Source: Candidatus Iainarchaeum sp. (GTDB lineage: Archaea > Iainarchaeota > Iainarchaeia > Iainarchaeales > 0-14-0-20-34-12). Taken from it: a stretch of 17,357 nucleotides of DNA. The notes beneath the pieces were generated by a model that did no database searches, had not been told where the DNA came from, and saw only the letters and a program-made list of their open reading frames with translations. The first letter of the stretch is position 1. Each line of letters starts with the position of its first letter. The position numbers were made by a program, and so were the translations under genes. Positions 13,705 to 17,357 of the stretch are shown in pieces. Where the stretch lies: the NCBI GenBank assembly GCA_030649345.1, contig JAUSKK010000055.1:1-17357 (forward strand), in the 5' to 3' direction.

Positions 13705-14853
13705 TTATATTACTTTCATAGCCAATCCAGCAAACTTCCACAATCTAGGCGTGGTCAAAACTTTTCCAATAAATTGACTCGGCCGATCCATATGCCCGTG
13801 TTCTTCCAAAAATTCATCTACGCGTGCTTGCTTCATTTCTTTAAATAATTTATTCCAATCATTGTCCGAGAATTTGCGCATTGCTTGCTGTATTTTCCAA
13901 TGAATGTTTAATTCTTTATGAATTCCTTTCAAATAATTGTTGTAATTTTCTAATGGTTTTTTTCCAGAAAAATATTCATGTACTGTTTTGGCGCATTCAT
14001 TGCCTGCCAGCATTCCCAAGACAATTCCTCCGCCTGTGGTTGCTTTGGCGTGAAATCCTGCATCTCCAACCAATAACATATTGTCTTTCACTAAATTTTT
14101 TAACGGAGGCCCGCATGGAATCAATGCACTGGCTATGCGGTCAATTTCATAATTTCTTTTTAATCCAATTTTTTCTGTAAACTTATCTAACATTTCTTTG
14201 GGATTGGATTTTCCCATGCTGGTTCCAATTCCTATTTCTGCATATTTATTTGAGTGTGGAATAATCCATGCAAAAAAACCGGGCGCGATGGTTCCCACGT
14301 GTACTTCTACCATTCCGGGTTCAAAATTTCCGTGAACAAATTCTTGATAAGCATGAACAAAATTTTCTGGCCCAATTTTTAACCCCATTAATTCTCGTAC
14401 TGTGGAATGTGCTCCGTCAGCTCCAACGGCAATTTTGCTTTTTAATAATTCTCCTCTTTTTTCTTTTTGATAAAATACATTTTCTTTTCGTACACTGATG
14501 AGTTTGGCATTGGTTTCTACTTCTACTCCTTTTTTGACTGCTAAATCTCTTAATTGTTCATCTAGTTTACATCTGCTGATTAAATGAGCTACTGGTTTTT
14601 TTCTTCGTACTTCCAGCATGGTTCCATTGGGTGAAAATATTTTGGCTCCAAAAATATAGTCAATTAAAATTTTTTCAGAATTGATTCCAGCTTCTTTAAT
14701 TCCTGTTGCAGAAATTAAACCAGAGCAATTTACAGGAATTCCTACTTTTTCGTGTTCTTCCAGTACTTTGGTTGGCCAACCATATTCAGCTAAACGAATG
14801 GCTGTCTGTAATCCAGCAGGTCCAGCGCCTGCAATTGTAACCATGTTCTGCAT
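13705..14853 (-). CDS. Geranylgeranyl reductase family flavoprotein
   Basis: VTIAGAGPAGLQTAIRLAEYG is the FAD dinucleotide fold. GADGAHSTVR and LVGDAGFHAKATTGGGI are typical of GGR/FixC-like reductases. ATG 14853 is preferred over the TTG at 14871 used by the ORF track. Confidence 0.78.
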   Translation of the reverse strand: MQNMVTIAGAGPAGLQTAIRLAEYGWPTKVLEEHEKVGIPVNCSGLISATGIKEAGINSEKILIDYIFGAKIFSPNGTMLEVRRKKPVAHLISRCKLDEQLRDLAVKKGVEVETNAKLISVRKENVFYQKEKRGELLKSKIAVGADGAHSTVRELMGLKIGPENFVHAYQEFVHGNFEPGMVEVHVGTIAPGFFAWIIPHSNKYAEIGIGTSMGKSNPKEMLDKFTEKIGLKRNYEIDRIASALIPCGPPLKNLVKDNMLLVGDAGFHAKATTGGGIVLGMLAGNECAKTVHEYFSGKKPLENYNNYLKGIHKELNIHWKIQQAMRKFSDNDWNKLFKEMKQARVDEFLEEHGHMDRPSQFIGKVLTTPRLWKFAGLAMKVI

Positions 14854-14945
14854 TTTTGCCCCAGTTTTCAAATGTGTTTAAAATAATCCTAATTTGATTA
14901 ATGTGAATATAGTTTCTAAAGACTTAAATAAAGATGTGTGTTTTT

Positions 14946-15254
14946 TTATCCATTGAAACTTTTTCGGATATTTAAAATATCTAATACTATGGCCATAATT
15001 AGATAAATTATAAATCCATTGAGCACTAGCCAACCATACACTGGAATGACTAGTGATGGAAGTAAAATAAGTGTAACGATTGCAGTTTTGATTCCAGTTC
15101 CAAATGCAATAATGTTGATAATAATGGACAATACAAATTGCATCCAAACTTCAGGCGCATTGGCTAATCCCAAAACTAAGAAAAGTAAAACTATTGCCTT
15201 CCAGATGGGTGTTCGCTCTTCTTCAAATTTAGATAACTGCGGTAGTCCATTCAT
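14946..15254 (-). CDS. Small integral membrane protein (3-4 predicted transmembrane helices)
   Basis: 102 aa. Hydrophobic runs include IWKAIVLLFLVLGLA, VWMQFVLSIIINIIAFGTGI, AIVTLILLPSLVIPVYGWLVL and GFIIYLIMAIVLDIL. The ATG is 5 nt after the upstream stop. It is preferred over the overlapping ORF 14878..15147, whose composition looks non-coding. Confidence 0.5.
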   Translation of the reverse strand: MNGLPQLSKFEEERTPIWKAIVLLFLVLGLANAPEVWMQFVLSIIINIIAFGTGIKTAIVTLILLPSLVIPVYGWLVLNGFIIYLIMAIVLDILNIRKSFNG

Positions 15255-15259
15255 GTTCT

Positions 15260-15979
15260 CTAATCTTTAGTTCTTTTCCAGTTTAATAAAGCATGCTCGT
15301 ATCGGTCTAAAGTATCAATTGGGTAAAAAGCATTGCAGGCAATGGCTCCGCTTAATTTTCCTTCTTTGGCTAAAATTGTAAAAACTTCGCGTTCAATATT
15401 TACAGTTTTTTCCGGTTGGATATACTCAAATATTTTTGGAGTCATTACATACGCTCCAGTGTTAATCAAATGACTGATGGTTGTTTTCGGGTCTGGTTTT
15501 TCAATAAAGTTTTTAATTTTTCCATGGCTTAATTCTACAACCCCAAAATTGCTGACATCTTCTGTGGCTGTTAAAGCAATTCCTGCAATGTCTTGATTTT
15601 GTTCCATGGTGCTGGCAACTTTTCCATAATCAATATCTTTGAGTTCATCCCCATTGCACATAATGAATGTTTTATTCAATAACCCTGTTTCTTGCGCTAG
15701 TTTCAATGCTCCGCCTGTTCCAAGCGCTTGTTTTTCTTCACTGAAAATAATTTCTATTCCAGGTGGATTGTTTGCAAAATATTTTTTAATTTTTTCAGCC
15801 ATATGCCCTACTCCTAAAATGGCTGTTTTGACTCCAAAAGCTTTTACATTGTCTATGTTGTACATCAAAATAGGTTTATCATTAATCGGAATTAATGGTT
15901 TCGGAATTTCGTAAGTCAAAGGTTTTAGTCTGGTTCCTTTTCCTCCAGCTAAAATAAAAGCTGTTTCAATTTTCTCCAT
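15260..15979 (-). CDS. hddC: Sugar-1-phosphate nucleotidyltransferase (HddC-like), copy 2
   Basis: AFILAGGKGTRLKPLTYEIPKPLIPI, GTGGAL and CNGDE are present. Length is 239 aa, identical to copy 1. It is co-oriented with the gmhB-gmhA-hddA side of the locus. Which of the two copies is the heptose-1-P guanylyltransferase cannot be decided by eye. Confidence 0.75.
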   Translation of the reverse strand: MEKIETAFILAGGKGTRLKPLTYEIPKPLIPINDKPILMYNIDNVKAFGVKTAILGVGHMAEKIKKYFANNPPGIEIIFSEEKQALGTGGALKLAQETGLLNKTFIMCNGDELKDIDYGKVASTMEQNQDIAGIALTATEDVSNFGVVELSHGKIKNFIEKPDPKTTISHLINTGAYVMTPKIFEYIQPEKTVNIEREVFTILAKEGKLSGAIACNAFYPIDTLDRYEHALLNWKRTKD

Positions 15980-15986
15980 AGTATTT

Positions 15987-16033
15987 TTGAATTCAATTCT
16001 TTTTATAAAACAATTTTCAGTTCAAAATTGAAC
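15987..16033 (-). promoter_or_regulatory. TATA-like box flanked by two palindromes built from TTCAA/TTGAA half-sites
   Basis: TTGAATTCAA (15987-15996, 10-nt palindrome), TTTTATAAAA (16001-16010, 22-31 nt upstream of the hddC-like ATG at 15979) and GTTCAAAATTGAAC (16020-16033, 14-nt palindrome, 24 nt after the wHTH gene stop). Confidence 0.4.
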
Positions 16034-16056
16034 CAATTATTTTTTTGATTGTTTTT

Positions 16057-17007
16057 TTATTCCAATACCTCCACTCGGTCTATTTTTCCATCTGCGTTTT
16101 CATCAATTCCTTCAATGGCCCTGCACTGTATTTTAGAATTGTGTTTGTTTCCTTTTTGGATTTCGTTTAAATTTTCAGCCAATGCTTTCATGCAGGCATT
16201 GGTTCCAATATTGTGTTTTCCAGCAATGAACAAAATTTCTTTGTCTTTAAAAAAAGGATGCTGTATTTTTTCAATCACTCCTACAAAGTCTCCTTCGTAT
16301 ATTTTTTGACTAATTTTGCTTTGAATCAGCCAATGGGCCCCGGATGGAATAAATTGAATGGGTAAAAATTGATTTAATTCTTCAGCCAATTTATTAATCA
16401 CTGGGCCGCCTACAATAATTAAGTTTTTGTTTTCTTTTTTTAAAGATTCAATATTGGTATCCAATTCAATTTCAGGCACTCCCAGTTCTTGTAATTGGGT
16501 TCCTAAAATAACTCCCAGTTGAATTCCTGCAATGCTATCTCTAGCTCTGCTTTTGTGTTTTCCATGAGAGTCCGGGCTTCCAATAACTAATTTGCAGTTC
16601 CATTTTCCATTTTCAATAAATGGCGCAAAAAAAGTACTCCACTTATTTTCTTTGGATTCTAACCAACTCCCGCTTTGAGCTAATGCTTTTTTTTTGTTGG
16701 GGATCAAAACCAATGCTTGCTGGCTAAGTGAATAGTACTTTGCAATGGCTCCGCGTATTTCTTCTTGTTTTGTTTCTTGAATGATTCCTGCGTGTCGGAG
16801 TTTATTTACGTAATAATACGTTTTTTGTTCTGAAATTTTCAATGCTTTTGCAATTTCTCTAGGAAACATTTCTTTTCCAGATAGCAGTTCTAAAATTCTC
16901 CATGCTTGTTTATTCGATATAATTCCCCAGTTTTTTCCGGATAAAAAGACTTGGGCTGGAATTCTTTTTTTGCCTGCATTTTCTTCCAATATCACGTATT
17001 CGTTCAT
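16057..17007 (-). CDS. Winged-helix (ArsR/TrmB-like) DNA-binding domain fused to an unassigned domain of about 220 aa, with a C-terminal EF-hand-type loop
   Basis: Residues about 33-80, KQAWRILELLSGKEMFPREIAKALKISEQKTYYYVNKLRHAGIIQE, form a typical wHTH. The remainder (KLVIGSPDSHG...NLIIVGGPVINKLAEEL...ILFIAGKHNIG...) matches no motif I can name with certainty. The last 15 aa contain DENADGKIDRVEV (16066-16104). Confidence 0.6.
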   Translation of the reverse strand: MNEYVILEENAGKKRIPAQVFLSGKNWGIISNKQAWRILELLSGKEMFPREIAKALKISEQKTYYYVNKLRHAGIIQETKQEEIRGAIAKYYSLSQQALVLIPNKKKALAQSGSWLESKENKWSTFFAPFIENGKWNCKLVIGSPDSHGKHKSRARDSIAGIQLGVILGTQLQELGVPEIELDTNIESLKKENKNLIIVGGPVINKLAEELNQFLPIQFIPSGAHWLIQSKISQKIYEGDFVGVIEKIQHPFFKDKEILFIAGKHNIGTNACMKALAENLNEIQKGNKHNSKIQCRAIEGIDENADGKIDRVEVLE

Positions 17008-17076
17008 TTTGCAGTCCTTAATTCTTTTTTCACAATCGTACTACTGTTTTGAATTATTTAATAATAGTCATACAAC

Positions 17077-17087
17077 TATTTTTAAAA
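17077..17087 (+). promoter_or_regulatory. Candidate TATA box for glmS
   Basis: TATTTTTAAAA is centred about 30 nt upstream of the glmS ATG (17114), in the divergent intergenic region shared with the wHTH gene. Confidence 0.3.
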
Positions 17088-17113
17088 CATTTGATTGTTT
17101 TCTTTAGTTGTCT

Positions 17114-17357
17114 ATGTGTGGTATTACGGCTTGTTTTAGTCCAAAAAATGCGGTTTCGAAAGCCATGGTTTGTTTGAAGAAATTAGAGTACCGTGGCTAT
17201 GATAGTTTTGGCTTTGCTTGGAAACAAGGAACTGAAATTCATATTCAAAAATTTGTTGGAAAAATTGACAATGCTTGGCTGCATGAATTTCCTGAATCGT
17301 CTGTAGCCATTGCGCAGACTCGTTGGGCTACGCATGGTTCAGTGACTAAAGAAAATG
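17114..17357 (+). CDS. glmS: Glutamine-fructose-6-phosphate aminotransferase, 5' part (runs off the window end)
   Basis: Not in the ORF track because it is truncated. Translation is MCGITACFSPKNAVSKAMVCLKKLEYRGYDSFGFAWKQGTEIHIQKFVGKIDN...VAIAQTRWATHGSVTKEN. It shows the Ntn Cys2, the LEYRGYDS motif and the RWATHG motif of GlmS. Confidence 0.85.
   Translation, partial: MCGITACFSPKNAVSKAMVCLKKLEYRGYDSFGFAWKQGTEIHIQKFVGKIDNAWLHEFPESSVAIAQTRWATHGSVTKEN

Noticed and set aside
14878-15147. 89-aa minus-strand ORF overlapping the small membrane-protein gene in another frame.
   Set aside because: Its Y/W/N/C/H-rich composition is unlike the other proteins here. The alternative ORF 14946..15254 has clean hydrophobic helices and starts 5 nt after the upstream stop.
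488-16309. Antisense or shadow ORFs from the six-frame track: 488..685, 1749..2042, 2130..2507, 3329..3607, 3643..3867, 5060..5254, 6294..6533, 6766..6948, 9264..9488, 12723..13178, 13881..14180, 14268..14498, 14681..14881, 15019..15270, 15639..15914 and 16049..16309.
   Set aside because: Each lies wholly or mostly opposite a longer ORF with clear family motifs. Their translations are rich in S, L, C and F with no recognisable motif, as expected for the reverse frames of AT-rich genes.
1-17357. CRISPR arrays, long tandem repeats, rRNA genes, transposases and known defence-system genes.
   Set aside because: I scanned both strands by eye. I found no regularly spaced direct repeats of 24-40 nt, no ORFs with the relevant motifs, and no additional T-arm-like GTTCGAATC outside the single tRNA. 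The TTCGAATCC at about 7791-7799 lies inside the rpe coding sequence and has no cloverleaf around it.

Overview
This is a low-GC (roughly one third G+C by eye), tightly packed 17.4-kb chromosomal segment. I read it as coming from a small-genome archaeon (DPANN-like), an inference from four observations. There is a tRNA-Gln with an A1-U72 pair and a 17-nt intron at the canonical 37/38 position, flanked by a bulge-helix-bulge. Transketolase is split into two genes. A geranylgeranyl-reductase homologue is present. A/T-rich TATA-like boxes lie 25-35 nt upstream of several start codons. Some genes are of bacterial type, notably NadD. From left to right the content is: a nadC 3' end, nadD, a short ogt and ilvE; three small minus-strand genes (an orphan, a DUF192 protein and a UVR-motif protein); uppS, an N-domain-only asparaginase homologue, a Trbp111-like tRNA-binding protein, tRNA-Gln and a Nudix hydrolase; a GT4 glycosyltransferase; an rpe-tktN-tktC-tal operon followed by a sugar-1-P nucleotidyltransferase; a convergent gmhB-gmhA-hddA block; csaA, a geranylgeranyl-reductase homologue, a small membrane protein and a second nucleotidyltransferase; a wHTH fusion protein; and the glmS 5' end. 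I found no CRISPR array, transposase, integrase, rRNA or recognisable defence genes. The most notable points are listed here. (1) A sedoheptulose-7-P-producing pentose-phosphate operon directly abuts a complete GDP-heptose pathway. (2) A wHTH protein carries a large unassigned domain and a perfect C-terminal EF-hand loop, and sits between glmS and the heptose genes next to a palindrome-flanked TATA box. (3) An in-frame duplication scar and a four-segment palindromic array lie between ogt and ilvE. (4) A truncated asparaginase, a tRNA-binding protein and tRNA-Gln are adjacent. (5) A long intergenic region holds an 11-bp inverted repeat and a relatively GC-rich hairpin-terminated island. All functional calls rest on motif recognition by eye, not on searches.
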